64,000 nucleotides of DNA from Owenia fusiformis (taxonomy: Eukaryota): contig CAIIXF020000001.1 in the NCBI GenBank assembly GCA_903813345.2, positions 47,678,001-47,742,000 of the forward strand, read 5' to 3'. Numbering within the stretch: the stretch's first letter is position 1; each line of letters starts with the position of its first letter. Below the pieces are notes generated by a model, which saw nothing but the letters and a program-made list of their open reading frames with translations, did no database searches and was not told the DNA's origin. Positions 1 to 13,491 of the stretch are shown here, one piece after another. A program made the translations under genes and the position numbers.

Positions 1-299
1 AAAAAAAGAATACAAATCTGAGGGGGCCAGACTTAATCTCTTATTCTGGATATTTTAATTATGACTCAAGTGGTTTGCTATCCTAAATAAAAACCAAATA
101 ATGTCAGTTAATGTGATTACCAAAACTTGAGTTAAATTTCAGTTTAAATATGGTGTGAGATAATGTTTCATATAAAATGAACTGAATGGCTTTTATGAAT
201 GGCTGTAGATTCTAGCTAAACTTAAGATTAGCCGGCAATCGTCTAAATTATTGATTTGACTTCTATTATCAATAAAACCCTAAATCATTAGAAATGTTG

Positions 300-902
300 A
301 TGTACTCCTCATTTCATGTTAAAAATAGCAAGAACTTAACTTCGGCATATAAGTGTTACCTGATGAATGGCACCCTCACGTGCCTTCCAAATGGTAGTAA
401 ACGAACTCCAATGTAACTCCATCAGCTTATAATTCCGTCTGATCAACAATAAGTACAGTTATACAAGAAATGTAAACGAACTGAAAAAACTTCCAAAAAT
501 TTTCCAACTGCCTTGTCATTTCCGGAAGTTATGATACGTTAATATATTACCGAACATGTGTGAAAATGAAATGTTTGTTCGTTCATTTTACGAGAGCTAA
601 ATAAAATGTGATCATCTGAGCATCGAACAAACATTTCATTTTCCCACATGTTTGGTAATATATTAACGTATCATAACTTCTGGAAATGACAAGCTACACT
701 GTATGTGGAAAATTTTTGGCAATATTTTCAGTTCGTTTACATTTCTTGTATAACTGTTGATCGGATGGAAAGATAAGCTGATGTAGTTACATTGGAGTTC
801 GTTTACTTCCATTTGGAAGGCACGTGAGGGTGCCATTCATCAGGTAACACTTATATGTCGAAGTAAGTTCCTTCTATTTTTTACATGAAATGAGAAGTAC
901 AT
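300..902. mobile_element. Fold-back/MITE: ~280-bp inverted arms around a ~42-bp spacer
   Basis: Left arm 300-581 (atgtactcctcatttcatg...ggcaccctcacgtgccttccaaatgg...gaaatgtttgttcg) is the near-exact reverse complement of 624-902. TA flanks CTCC...GAAG ends, compatible with Tc1/mariner-type insertion. Confidence 0.8.
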
Positions 903-2564
903 GTAATTGGAAACGAAACTGAAAATTAGCGAAAAAATGAAATGCAATAAGAAATTTTTGTTTTGTTTTTTTTCAACCTAGTTTTTTTCTAATGGAACTC
1001 AGACTAAATGTTTCTACATCTGTTCCTGGACCTACGCACCAAAGTGTAGGACACTTACTCGAGTCTCTAGCCAATACTTGGCTAGAGGGGATTTCATCTG
1101 GAATACTGTGAACTCTATTTGAAAAAAGCTGGCCGGGGTGTCATAAATTTATTAAATATTTTAAAAATCGCCAGATAAATAAATCATTAATCAAACCGGA
1201 CCCAGCCCGGCTCCTTGATGAGATATTACACGATTTCATCAGGATTTCGTCTAAAATTAAAACAAAATGGCTCCAAGAAAAATGGCGATGTTCAAAAACT
1301 GGACGAAATGTCGTTAACGTCTGACATTAGTAACTGGCTGTAAATTCTAAGTTAGCGATCCAGAAGATGTGAACTAATACACTGATCACTTTATGTGTGT
1401 TTTGGAATTTTTGGTGAGGTAATAAGACCAAAGCTCGCAATTCAAACTGTGATGTGGAAAAATGGCGGACATATGATTTCAAATTTTATGATTACGACAT
1501 GACCAGTTGTTCATGCAGAAATATATCTGTACTGGAAGGCCACGATACAGTGGCCTTAGAAGAAGGTAATAGGACACCTACAGTACAGGTATATTTTAGC
1601 TGAATCCTCCTTTAGGGAGTGAATTACTTCTGGTGTACCTTATGCACGGTCAGTTGCAGTTTCGCAAATCAACTTGTATTTGTTTCGAAGAATAACGAAA
1701 ACACTGATTTGGGCAAACTGCAATTGAGTGAGATAGTCTATGTTTACTCGAGTCTCTAGAAACTTCATTGATTTCGTATGTACTGTACTACACGCACCTA
1801 CACGCACCTAGAACTCATTTTTAATAAATTTTATAAATATTTTTAAGAATATTAATCATATTTAGGATGAAGCGTTGCTTGTCTGGATTTAGATATTTCA
1901 AAATTTCATTTCGGAGTTTCAACACATGGTGAAATTTTCTCGCTGTAGCTAAAAATGGCTTCCGGTTCTGGACGTGAATAACATTTGAAATTATTCTCGC
2001 TTAAAGAAATCAAATATAACAATAGATTCAGACGGGGATGTGAGCTGGTGTTCTTCAAATCTATACATAAAGGTATATTTCATATTATTATGCCATATTT
2101 ACTGTGCGTGTGACACAATGATTTACAATATTTATAATACAAGGCAGCTCAATCTTCCTCCTCAAAGCCGGAATATAGAGAAGGCTTTGGACCGAAGTAA
2201 GTCTATGTGACATGTCATACAAAAAATCCATCCGTGGACATTTCATTTACCTTTTCTTTTGCACTTTGTATCCATCCTCCCCACCAAGACCCATCATCGG
2301 AATTCCTAAAATATTGAGAATATATATTTATGTGCATCACCTGGTATCTTGTATAGAGTATTTAGTGGTTAGAATGTTGTTATATATTCTAAATAAGGAA
2401 ATAAAAAATTATTTTCTCACCCTTCTGCCATTTTGTTTTGTATTTATAGTCTCAAACCAAACTTGTTTTACATTACTTATACGAACGACCAAAATTACAT
2501 TTCATTCAAGTTCTGGTTTATTTTGGTATTTCGATGATCTTTGAGTTGCGTACATAGTGAAGGA

Positions 2565-3097
2565 CATGGCGTAGAATAATGGAAATAACGTCACAACGCA
2601 TGCGTGTAAATTGACATTTCATGGTCCAAATATTTCAATGGAGAGCAGTCTTCATCAAAATTGTAAATCTTAATAACTTTTTAGCAAATCTTTTATTTTC
2701 TTAGGATTCAACGGATCCTTGTTAGACCCGACGAAGTGTTCATTTTGATATATAAAACAGCAAAATCCATCCACAAATCTTTCGGCCTTTTAATGATTTG
2801 ATTTTAGGGATATTTTGCTAAAATCTCCCATTGGGCGCCATTATAAACTTTGAAAAAACCCAAATCCTCATCATTTCATATCATTCGTTAAGTGATCTAA
2901 ACAACTCCAATCGCTTAGGATTCAACGGATTCTAAGAGATCAAAGCTAATACAATATGTTGACAACCACCGTTTCAATATTTGCCCCATAATCTTTCGGC
3001 CTTTAAGGATATAAATTTGTCAATATTTTGATTTTCGACCATTAATGACGTACTTGGATCCGAGATTCATTTCCTATTTCCATTATTCTACGCCATG
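2565..3097. mobile_element. MITE with ~22-bp TIRs (CATGGCGTAGAATAATGGAAAT)
   Basis: TIR at 2565, reverse complement ending at 3097. Internal direct repeat ttaggattcaacggat near 2700 and 2915. No clear TSD. Confidence 0.7.
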
Positions 3098-3329
3098 AAC
3101 AATACGTAACATCCATGTTTCACCCATAGACACTTTCTCAGAAGGGATCTGAAAGATTAGAGTGATACTCTAAAAAGCGAACGTTGTAAAGAAATGTCTC
3201 CGCCATTAATCCCACGGGCGGATCCAGGATTTTGTGCTAGGGGGGGGGGCGTGTGATAATAACTGTGATTAAGGAAAAAGACGAATTTTCCGAGATCCGC
3301 TGGTGAATTATCCTGGGGTATATATAAAC

Positions 3330-3616
3330 CAGGGGCGGATCTGGGAACCAACAAGGTCTGAGAAAAAAATTTGGGCCCCTAAAACCAAAAAGGGGGTCCA
3401 AATTTTGAAATTTTGAGGCCCATTTTTCTTCAAAATTTGGCCTAAAATTAAAAAATACGAGGCCTTAGAAGGTCCATTCATCAGTAATCTAAAAGGCCCA
3501 CTTTTTTGGGGCCTTAAGGCCTTTTTTGGCTCAAAATTTTTTGGGCCCAATTTCTTTTCTGGGCCCACCCAAGGGGAGGGGGGCGGGCCCCTGGTCTGGC
3601 CCCAGATCCGCCAGTG
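3330..3616 (+). repeat. Interspersed GC-tipped repeat (CAGGGGCGGATCT...AGATCCGCCAGTG), copy 1
   Basis: Short terminal inverted repeat. Homologous copies at ~9535-9804 (reverse) and 28429-28652. Confidence 0.75.
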
Positions 3617-3766
3617 TAACCTAGTACTGTACATATACCTCGGGGTATCACTCCAATACACCCCTTAATACCTATGAACCGCACCAAAGACCGCCCTTTT
3701 GAGCATTTTTTCCATGTCAATTTCCTCTCAAGATGAAAGTTTCCATGTATACTTCCTCTCCGACTA

Positions 3767-6700
3767 TAGTATGGGAGCAAAGGTAACTCCGTGTCCTTTT
3801 TAGAGGCGAGCTAAGCGACATATATTTTTATGAACTATATGAGATACTTACCAAGAAAAATGATGTTGGCAATTCTGAATCCGCGACGGCGTTGCTATGG
3901 TAACCAAGTAAATGGGCCACGCCCACTTTTGGGGGCTCTTTTCAGTGTTTGGCCCTAATCTACTTCATTATTGCTCAGATTTCGATGAGATTCACATCAA
4001 ATGGAAGGTAATAGATAACGCACTCAAAATATATTAAGTTGGCAATTCTGAATCCGCGGCAGCGTTACTATGGTAACAAAGTAAATATGCCACACCCACT
4101 TTTAGGGGCTCTTTTCAGTGTTTGGCCCATATCTTTGTCATTATTGCTCAGATTTTGATGAAATTTGCACCAAATGAAAGGTAATAGATGAAGCAATCAT
4201 ACAGTTTATAAAATATGCAAATAGGGTGATTTGCATCTTAATAATGACGTCATAACTGTTTATTTTTGTGTATTTTATTTTAATCATAATGTATAAATCT
4301 GCGAAATGATTATTTTTAAAATGGTCAGTAATGCTTTTAACTAGTTAATTAGTTAATTTATTTTAGTTGAGTTTATTAGTTTATTACATTCATACATGTA
4401 TGGTCATAAAACATTGAATAAATGTAATGAAAGTGACCAATTCATGCTGTTGCTATGGTAACAGCAAGTAGCAAAACGATCCGCTGTAAACAAGAGAATT
4501 CTTTAGGAAATGTTACATTTTGACCATTTGACTGTCATGTATTCTTTTTAAAATTTGGTGACAGAAAATAACCTAATAACTATAGAAAATTATTTAATTT
4601 GGATTGTGTTATATTAAGATGTCATAAGGGCAATTGTTAATCAGGGGCGCAGCGAGCTCTCAGTCAGGGGGGGGGTGCTTCGACACAATTTTTTTTAAAG
4701 ATTTTGTTTAATTTGACAAAAATTGATGCAACTTCCTTCAAAACTGAGCTAGAAGGTTCGAGTCAAATGCATTTTAAAACTCTTCTTCTATCTAATGGTT
4801 CTATTTTTTATTGGTTACAGGGGGTGCACTCATTTCACCCCCTGGCTATGCCTATGTTAGCTATGGTAACCAGGTAAATATGCCGTCCCCATTTTTCAAG
4901 ACTTTTCCAAAGTTATGCTTCTATCTTTGTTATCATGATAGCTCTGGTGTATATGAAATTTTCATCAAATGGAAGCTAAAGTTTGGTTATCTTGCTGGGT
5001 TTCTTTACAGTGTTTGGTCCTTTCCCTTTGGTATTTGCGCTTAGATATTCATACTTGTAAAGAAATAGAAAGAGAATCAATCATAGTTTTCAGTTTTGAC
5101 CTCATTTTATGGTGAATGTCAAAGGACAAGGTACCAATTTGGAATAATTTTGAGCAATTCTACCTTATTTTAAGAAAATAATCACAAAAGCAACTATGAT
5201 ACCAAAACGAGTATGCCAGTCAGTTAATCTACATTATCCATGCATTTTCTGATTCACCTGGCATATTCACCTGGTTACCATAGCAACATCATATTGGATT
5301 AACATAACCCCCCCCCCACACCCATAAACAATAAGAGATTTAACCCATTAGTGTCTATGTCCCGAATGTGGCACGTTTTTTGAGTATATTGGAAGATGTC
5401 AGCACTGTATCATTAGTACTTTATATTTCTTACAAAAGAAGATACTAGTATAGTAGATTTCTCTAAAGTTCAAGGTCATTTTGTTTTTTGCAGGCATCTT
5501 TTGAATTTTTTCACAGGAAAGGGCCCAATGTCCCTCAAATTGATATATCAGTCCATAGGCCATAGGGGGCCACTACCATGCTATTGAGGGCCACTTGCAT
5601 GTTTTTGATGCCATCGGGGCCACTTAAATTTCTTTTGGGACCACAGGGGTCTACTAGGATGCATTTGGGGGCCAAGGGGGTCCACTGGAATACGTTTGGG
5701 ACTTGGGGGCCACTGGGATGCTTTAAGGGGTCACAGGGGGCCACCAGGGTGCTTTTGATGGCCATGAGGAGCCATTTGCATGCTTCTGGCAGCCTCTTGC
5801 GGGCCACTAGTATGGTTTTGGGGGCCACCGGGGGCTAATAGGATGCTTTCAAGGGCTACTTAGATGCTTTTAGGGGGTATAATGGGGCCCTTGGATGCGT
5901 TTTTGGCCACTGGGTGTCACTAGTATGCTTTTTGGGGGCCACTAAAATGATTTTGGGGTCCACAGAGGCCCTTTGGAGTGCTTTTAGAGGCCACCTGGGG
6001 CCACTGAGATGCTTTTTGGGGTCACAGTTGGCCAATAGGATGCTTTCGGGGGCCACTAGGCTGCTTTTAGGGGGCATAATGGGGCCACTTGGATGCTTTT
6101 GGGCCACTGGGTGTCTCTAGTATGCTTTTTGGGGGCCACTGGGGCGGCAAATGGGAAGGTTTTTGGACGACTGGGGGCCACTAGAATGATTCTAGGGCCC
6201 ATTGAAGTGCTTTTAGAGGCCACCTGGGGCCACTGAGATGCTTTTTGGGACCACAGGGGGCCAATGGGATGCTTTCAGGGGCCACTAGGATGCTTTATAG
6301 GGGGCGTAGTGGGGCCACTTGTATGCTTTTTGGGCCACTGGGTGTCACTAGTATGCTTTGTGGGGGCCACTGGAGGGGAAATGGGAAGCTTTTGGGGCCA
6401 CTGGGGGCAACTAGAACGATTTTAGGGCCCATTGAAGTGCTTTTAGAGGCCACTGAGATGCTTTTTTTGGGCCACAGGGGTCAATAGGATGCTTTCGGGG
6501 GCCACTAGGATGCTTTTAAGGGGCATAATGGGGCCACTTGGATGCTTTTTTGGGCCACTGGGCATCACTAGTATGCTTTTTGGGGGTCATTGGGGGGCAA
6601 CTGAGAAGCTTTTGAGGCCTCTAAAATGAGTTTGGGGCCTTTGGAGTGCTTTTAGAGGCCACTTGGGGCCACTGAGATGCTTTTCGGGGCAATGTTTTGG

Positions 6701-8340
6701 GACCACAGGGGGCCACTGGGTTGATGTCATGAGTCACAGAGGGGTACTAGGATACTTTTGAGGGCCTCATAGCAGCACTAATTTGTTTTTGGGGGCCACT
6801 GGGGACAACTATATGATGCTTTTGAGGACCACACGGGCCACTATGATGCTTTTTGGGGGCATCTAGGGGCTATTGGGATGCTTTTTGGGGCATCTGAGGG
6901 CCACTAGGATGATTGGGGGAGTCGTATGAGCTGCAAGTATGCATAGGGGGGCCACAGGGGCCACTAGAATGCATTTGGGGTCCACTTTGGGGCACTGGGA
7001 TGCTTTTTCGGATCATATGGGGCCACTGCCGTGCTTTTGAATGTCACTGGGGCCTATTTAGTATTGAATTATAACAAACAGACTAAGTTGAAGTTAATGA
7101 CAGTGTAAAATTACATGATTGTTAAAGTTATGATATTATAAATAGGTTTTACAACCACGAAATCATTACCACTTAACCCAAAATGTTTCATGGACACTTG
7201 TCTCTAGAACAAAAACTAATTTTTTCTTAGTTATGCTTCCCAGGTTAGAAAAACAAAAAAATTATTTAAAAAATACTGATGCATTCAATTTGTTGTCATT
7301 ATTGGGTTAAAATGCTTTTGACTTGAAGCTTCTAGCTCAATTTTGAAGGAAGTTGCATCAATTTTTGTAAAATTCATCTTAAACATTTTTGGGTTGCTTA
7401 TGCCAAGATCGCTCCCCCCACCCGACTGAAAGCTGGCTGCACCCCTGATTAATAATTGCCCTTATGACATGATAATATAACACAATCCAAATTAAATAAT
7501 TTTCTATAGTTATTAGATTATTTTGTCATCAAATTTTAAAAAGAATACATGTCAGTCAACTGGTCAAAATGTAACATTTCCTAAAGAATTCTTGTTTACA
7601 GCGGACAGTTTTGCTACATGATGTTACCATAGCAACAGTGTGAATTGAACATTTTTATTTGAATTAGACATATTTCATTACAGTTATTAAATTTTTCTAT
7701 GACCGTAAATGTATGAATGAAATAAACTTATAAACTCAACTCAAAGAAATAAACTAGTTGAAAGCATTACTGACCATTTTAAAGACAGTAATTTCACAGA
7801 GTTATACATCATGATTAAGATAAAACATGCAAGAACAAACAGTTATGATATCATATTTAAGATGCAAATCACCCTAATTGCATATTTTGTAAAGTATATA
7901 ATTGCTTTATCTATTACCTTTCATTTGGTGCAAATTTCATCGAAATCTGAGCAATAATGACGAAGATATGGGCCAAACACTGAAAAGAGCCCCTAAAAGT
8001 GGGTGTGGCATATTTACTTGGTTACCATAGTGACGCTGCCGCGGATTCAGAATTGCCAACTTAATATATTTTGATTGCATTATCTATTACCTTCCATTTG
8101 GTGTGAATTTCATCGAAATCTGAGCAATAAGAAGGAGATAGGGGCCAAACACTGAAAAGAGCCCCTAAAAGTGGGCGTGGCTTATTCACTTGGTTACCAT
8201 AGCAACGCCGTCGCGGATCCAGAATTGCCAACATCATTTTTCTTGGTAAGTATCACGTATAGTTCATAAAAATGTATGTCGCTTAGCTCGCCTCTAAAAA
8301 GGACACGGAATCTCTTATTTGGACTTTTGCTCCCAGACTA
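3767..8340. mobile_element. Non-autonomous Academ-like fold-back DNA transposon, ~1-kb TIRs, 4-bp TSD
   Basis: Termini TAGTATGGGAGCAAA...TTTGCTCCCAGACTA. ACTA duplicated at 3763-3766 and 8341-8344. Arms ~3767-4778 and ~7307-8340 are reverse complements. TAG..CTA ends with a 3-4 bp TSD are Academ hallmarks. No transposase ORF. Confidence 0.8.
5560..7055. repeat. GC-rich degenerate minisatellite (GGGGCCACT-AGGATGCTTTT units) inside the Academ-like element
   Basis: Dozens of ggggccact/atgctttt units with larger duplicated blocks (e.g. ~6030-6250 vs ~6260-6460). Explains the low-complexity ORFs at 5535-6487. Confidence 0.9.
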
Positions 8341-8555
8341 ACTAATAAAAGGGAGTAAATTTCCTGAAATATTGTTATAACTACAAAATCCACTTTGTGG
8401 GCGATTTGTTCCAGACTTCGCTAACTGAACTAGACTAGTAACCGATTTACTAGCATTTATGAGAAAAAAAAACGGATTTTTGACTTTAAAAGGCTCTCCG
8501 TCTCCGACATTCCATGTTTTTTCCTCTCAGAGTGGCCAGGTTCCATATATGCCGG

Positions 8556-8720
8556 TGTAAAAGAAATTATGGTCCCCTGGGGATTATGGTCCCCTTTCTT
8601 AAAGGCCCTTACTGGCCCTGATTGTGGATACGATAATAAGGGAAAGAGTTGTATTTAGGTCACCATATAAATCAATGGAAAGTAGGACCATAATTTGATA
8701 GGACCTCCTACCCTTTTACA
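8556..8720 (+). mobile_element. Ginger1-like MITE (TGT...ACA termini, CCGG TSD)
   Basis: CCGG|TGTAAAAG...CTTTTACA|CCGG. The same element occurs twice in reverse orientation at 29798-30128. Confidence 0.75.
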
Positions 8721-8929
8721 CCGGGCCAAAATTGCCCGTGCTGCACATACCTTCCCAAAAAGTTTAGAGTGAACCCCCGGGCCTAGTAATGCGATATTGT
8801 AATCTTACCCAATAATACCAAAATGTCTCTCGGCCCTACCATGGCCCTACAGCCCTTTGTGAAACTTTTTTTTTAATTCAGAAAGTTTTTTTTAAAGATC
8901 ATTAATTTATTTAAAACTTTAAGCCCGGT

Positions 8930-9435
8930 ATACACCAATGGGGCAAGTTGGGACCTCCATAGACTTAACATTGCGTGGGACCTCGTGGGACCTTTTGGGA
9001 TTTTGCCCCATGAAGTCCGTGGGACTCCATGGGACTCCGTCGGATTTTGCCCCATCTTGCCCCATCGAGTCCCACGAGGTCCCATGAGGTCCCACGAGGT
9101 CCCATGAAGTCCCACGTGGGACTCGGTGGGACTCGATGGGGCAAGATGGGGCAAAATCCCACGGAGTCCCATGGAGTCCCATCGAGAATGAACATGTTCA
9201 TTCTTTCCATGGGGCATCGTGGGATTTTCGATCATATGACGTGTTGTGTGAAGCCCGACATACACCAATGGGGCACGGTGGGATTTGATGGGGCTTGATG
9301 GGACTCCATGGGGCTTGATGGGACTCCATGGGGCACGATGGGGCAAAGTCATCAAGGTCCCATGGGACTTCGTGGGATTCGATGGGGCAAATTGGGATTC
9401 GATGGGGCAAGATGGGACTCGATGGGGCAAGAGGT
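8930..9435. repeat. Array of ~10-bp GGGAC/GGGGCA units with palindromic arrangement
   Basis: gggactcgat/ggggcaagat units on both strands; dyad centre gtcccacgtgggac at ~9109-9122. tacaccaatggggca occurs near 8931 and at 9261. Confidence 0.8.
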
Positions 9436-9534
9436 CACAGTATATTTTAATAAATAATATTTCACACTTATGCATGCATGTAGCATTCATGTTTTTGAAA
9501 AAATACAAAATTGATTGATAAATACTAAGCTAAG

Positions 9535-9804
9535 CGTTGGTGGATCTGGGGGTGGGGGGGAGGAGGGGCAGGGACAGAATAAATTGGGCCAAAAAATGCC
9601 TTGAAGGCCCAATAAGTGTGCCTTTTTGGGCATTACTGGGCCTTTTAAGGCCTTACTTTTTAATTTTTGGGTCGTGTTTTGAAGAAAATGTGCCTTAAAT
9701 TTTCAAAATGTGGGCCCGATTTTTGATTTTAGGGGCCAAACATTTTTATCTGACTTTAAATTTGCCCCCCCCCCCTCCCTTGTTGGTTCCCAGATCCGGC
9801 CTTG
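9535..9804 (-). repeat. Interspersed GC-tipped repeat, copy 2 (diverged, reverse)
   Basis: Reverse-complement similarity to 3330-3616 (ttgttggttcccagatcc; tttgaagaaaatg...aaattttcaaaat). Confidence 0.65.
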
Positions 9805-10185
9805 TTAAGTAAGCGAGAAATAAACTCATTCATGCATGCAATTGGTTCGAGAAAAGCATATTAGTTCTCATTGAAACCAATAGTACAGTAATATTTAAAA
9901 CATTATATGTAATATATTCTTCTTTTCAATCGAGTTAGTCAATCAAAGGTTTATTTTGAAGTTTAGCATATTAAGAAAAGATTGACTTAAAGAGAAATAA
10001 CACATTTTTCTAAAATTTTTGCCATCTGAATGACACATCACGATAAAATCACATGTGTTGCAAAATATAGCCTATCGAGACACTGCCATGGGATTTTGAG
10101 ATTACATTGGTCAATTTCGCCGCAGATTCATATAGAAAGATGTCGCCTACAAAAACAAGTAAACACCAATAGCACCACTTGCTCC

Positions 10186-10491
10186 CAAAGAGGATTGGCT
10201 CCCAGAGTGCAACATCGTTATTCTGTCCCATATATAGGCATGTCGTGATACAAAATTCGAATTCAAACAGCCGCCATTTTGTTCACTTCAACATTTGAAT
10301 CGTGAATATTGGTCTTATTTCCTGACAAAAATTCCAAAACTCACAAGAAATGTTTGAGGTATTGGTTTGAATCTTTTGAACTGTTTATTCTGATTTTATA
10401 TAGGGTTGTAATTTCAGAAAATAAAGACATTTAACTACGTTTTCATTGTTTGAAAATATCGAGTTTCGATCCTGGGAGCCAATACTCCTTG
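10186..10491. mobile_element. MITE with 20-bp TIRs and 9-bp TSD (MULE-like)
   Basis: ACTTGCTCC|CAAAGAGGATTGGCTCCCAG...CTGGGAGCCAATACTCCTTG|ACTTGCTCC. The internal sequence resembles the reverse complement of ~1330-1470. Confidence 0.75.
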
Positions 10492-13254
10492 ACTTGCTCC
10501 AGTGCACTTGTAGATATATCAAAATAAGATATATCAATCTAATGATTGATAAATAAAGAGTAAACCTTCAGAATTACCAAATAACAGCAATATTCTTAAT
10601 GATTGTGAACTAGGTTGTGCACTGGTCTGGTTCATCATCGATCATTGAGTTTTAACCTGGGATGATTTTAAGCAGAGCCATTCCCGGGAGCCATTCCTCC
10701 AGGGCGAGATAGTAGGATGAACTTAGTATTGATCTGCCATCTATATGCGTTTTTACTTTTAATCCTCATATTTAAATAGTTTGTATACCATAAAATGAGT
10801 AAAAATGAGTTAAAGAAAGGACAGGTTACTATCAAAATCAAGTTGTCTGCAACAAACCCCCAAAAAGTCGTATGCATTAAATAATGAAATTAAAGATATT
10901 ATGAGTACTTCATTATGCACACTGACTACCATTACTAGGAAAGTGTTAATGAGTGTGGATAGAAACCGTGCCAAGAAGGGTTAGTGGGACAAAGGTCTTA
11001 TAAAGGGTAATTTGATCGTCTAAAACTCCAAGCTTATTCTACTAATCTATCAAACATGTTTTTCTGCACTTTTAATTTGTGTTACGAATTGCAAGACAAA
11101 GTCTAAAAGTCAAAAATATTCTGACATTGAACTCATGTAAGCATGGAGAAACTTAGTTTGATAATGTTATCATGTGATATGTTCTCAGTAAACATAGCCT
11201 ATACACATTCAATAATCAAGGAACACCAAGTCACCAAGCTCTCCCCTGCTTACTATTGAGACAACTCATCTCAATGTGCGTACTGTCTGAAGTGGCACTC
11301 TGAGTCCACTGGATGACTTAAGCTTCCACACAGGCATACCCCAACCTCACAAAATGTCAAAATGATTCTTATATCGGGTGCCTGAAAAGTACAAGGCTTC
11401 GATTTTGGCCTTAATTAAACTTATGGGTTCATCGTGGCAATACTGTTCAAAGTAAATAAGACTTGTTTTCCAAGTCTATGCCATAAATATATTTGTAATT
11501 ATTCATGATATTCTTTGAAAAAAGATATTCTTATCTTTAGGTGCTCTTGGGCCCAACCTCCCACACATTCAAGCAGGGGTTCAGATATAATATCCCTTAT
11601 TTCCACCCATTGATCCCGGATCTTTTTATCGTCCTTTTTAGAGTTCCTTTCATTCTGGAAGTCCTGAAAATTTCTCCATAACCCTGCATATACTTGTTGA
11701 TAAGGCAATTGCGGTTCATTGACCTCTTAATTACATATTTTAATCTTCTTCATGTGACGTCAAAAGATAGTTTGCAATAATATAATTTGTATATGTTTTG
11801 GTTGTAAATTAGAATAGAAGTTCAATTACTGCTCAATATATTAGAACAAGGCATTTTAATACCCCTAGTGTAGAGTCTGATGGCGAATCTCTCTCGTAAG
11901 AAGCGAAGTCGAATGAATGGAAAGGCGATTTAAAAAATCAACCCTGATATTACATTTCTCAATGTGAGGAAATACTGCCATTCTTATATATATATATGAT
12001 TTGCATATAATGAGACTTGTGAGACTTGAGACTGTAATGGGTGAAACATGGCACAAATATTTGTCATATTTGCAAGTGAATATGTCGTTTATACCTTGGG
12101 TGAATATGCCATATTCACAAACCGATGTGGACGCGTAACAAAAGGACGCAAGTGGATTACGTCGATTTAACGAGAGGTCAAAAGTTTATATCTTGATAGA
12201 ATAATCAAATATTTAATTAAATAAATTGAATTGGATTGAATGAATCAACAATACAGTACATTATAAATAGATTTTATTTACTGGGAGAGATTCAGTATGA
12301 GTTTTATTCTTGTTTTAGCCGTCAGTGAACGTTTTTCCAATGATATTTTTAAAAATATAGGAAGTTCAAAACGCTCCTGCCATTTTGAAAAATGTTTTGA
12401 AGCAATGCACTTTACATACTAAATATGCCTCTGAAAAGGTATGAACAGAATGTACCACACCAATGATATTCATAATATGGTGGCTCTTATGTATGTATTT
12501 TATTTATTGCCATCATCAAAAGGAGAAACACAATTATACAGGCGATATGAAATGGTGCAACGAAGGCCCTGGTCATCTAAATATGAATAAAGCTGATGAT
12601 ATGCGTCAACTTTAATTGTTAATGCTATTAATCGACCCCTGTGGAACACCATCATTTATTTAGTTTTTCTCAGGTGTTTTGGTTCTGAATTATTCTCTCT
12701 AATAATTTCCTGGTAATTGTATTTAGTAGGAAACCTGCTATATATAACTTCTGATAGACATCGTATTGCTTAAGCAAATGTGGACGTTTTGCAAAAATCA
12801 ACAAGAGTGTACAATATTTACATGTCGATACATGTTTATGTATATTATCATGTCTTGTGGCACGTTTATGATCATCACTGATGAGTATTTATTGATGTCC
12901 AAATTCGGTAAGCACACGCCAACTTTAATGTGATCACACTACCAAAGCCCGCAAGACAAAGACACCGCTGCATTTTAATTATCATCGATATACATTTACA
13001 TGCTAACTGTGCTAAAGAAAATAGATGTTATTGTTATGTTTCCCAGCAAGCAAAAACTTAAAGTGTTGTTATTTTACGTCGAGATGTAATTCTATGGTAA
13101 TGTCAACAAGTTGTTTTAAGGGGTAATGTTCCAGGGCACGATGACTTGGGAGAACCCAAGATCTTGCCTTCTACTGCAGGATAGTTTGACAGCAAATTCT
13201 GATTAGCATAGAGCTCGTATCTCGAGGCCATGGCCTCTGTTGTCAAGTGCCTGG

Positions 13255-13295
13255 CGTTGATTGGTTAACAGGATGGTAGTCATTTATTAAAGGAT
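13255..13295 (+). promoter_or_regulatory. Candidate SoxF proximal promoter elements (inverted CCAAT box, AT-rich TATA-like tract)
   Basis: tgattggtt at ~13258-13266 and tttattaaa at ~13283-13291, about 200-230 bp upstream of the ATG. Motif match only. Confidence 0.3.
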
Positions 13296-13491
13296 GTCCC
13301 ACTCGATATAGTTAAGTTTTGACAGTCAGCTGAGAGACGAAAAGTTTATCGCAAGCACCAGCACTACCAGTTTCTCATAGCAAGTCTAGATCATCAGGAA
13401 CAACCTGTTGAGCTATTCTTCACGTCACTTCAAGCTGTGATAGAGAGTCAAAAGGGAGATAGCAAAGTACTTGCAGGATTTAAAAACCGAG

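Noticed and set aside
3157..3780. ORFs of 65-117 aa, and similar ORFs at 28137-28615
   Set aside because: They overlap the interspersed GC-tipped repeat; their mutual similarity reflects the repeat, not a gene family.
5535..6487. Several overlapping Gly/Pro/Leu-rich ORFs
   Set aside because: They are translations of the GGGGCCACT minisatellite on both strands.
8873..9518. 211-aa ORF and five overlapping ORFs
   Set aside because: They arise from the stop-poor decamer array; no protein family features.
13471..13491. TTG start given by the ORF track for SoxF, and GTG start at 21784
   Set aside because: This is a eukaryotic gene: the first in-frame ATG is at 13492, and the 21784 ORF is part of exon 2, which begins at 21740.
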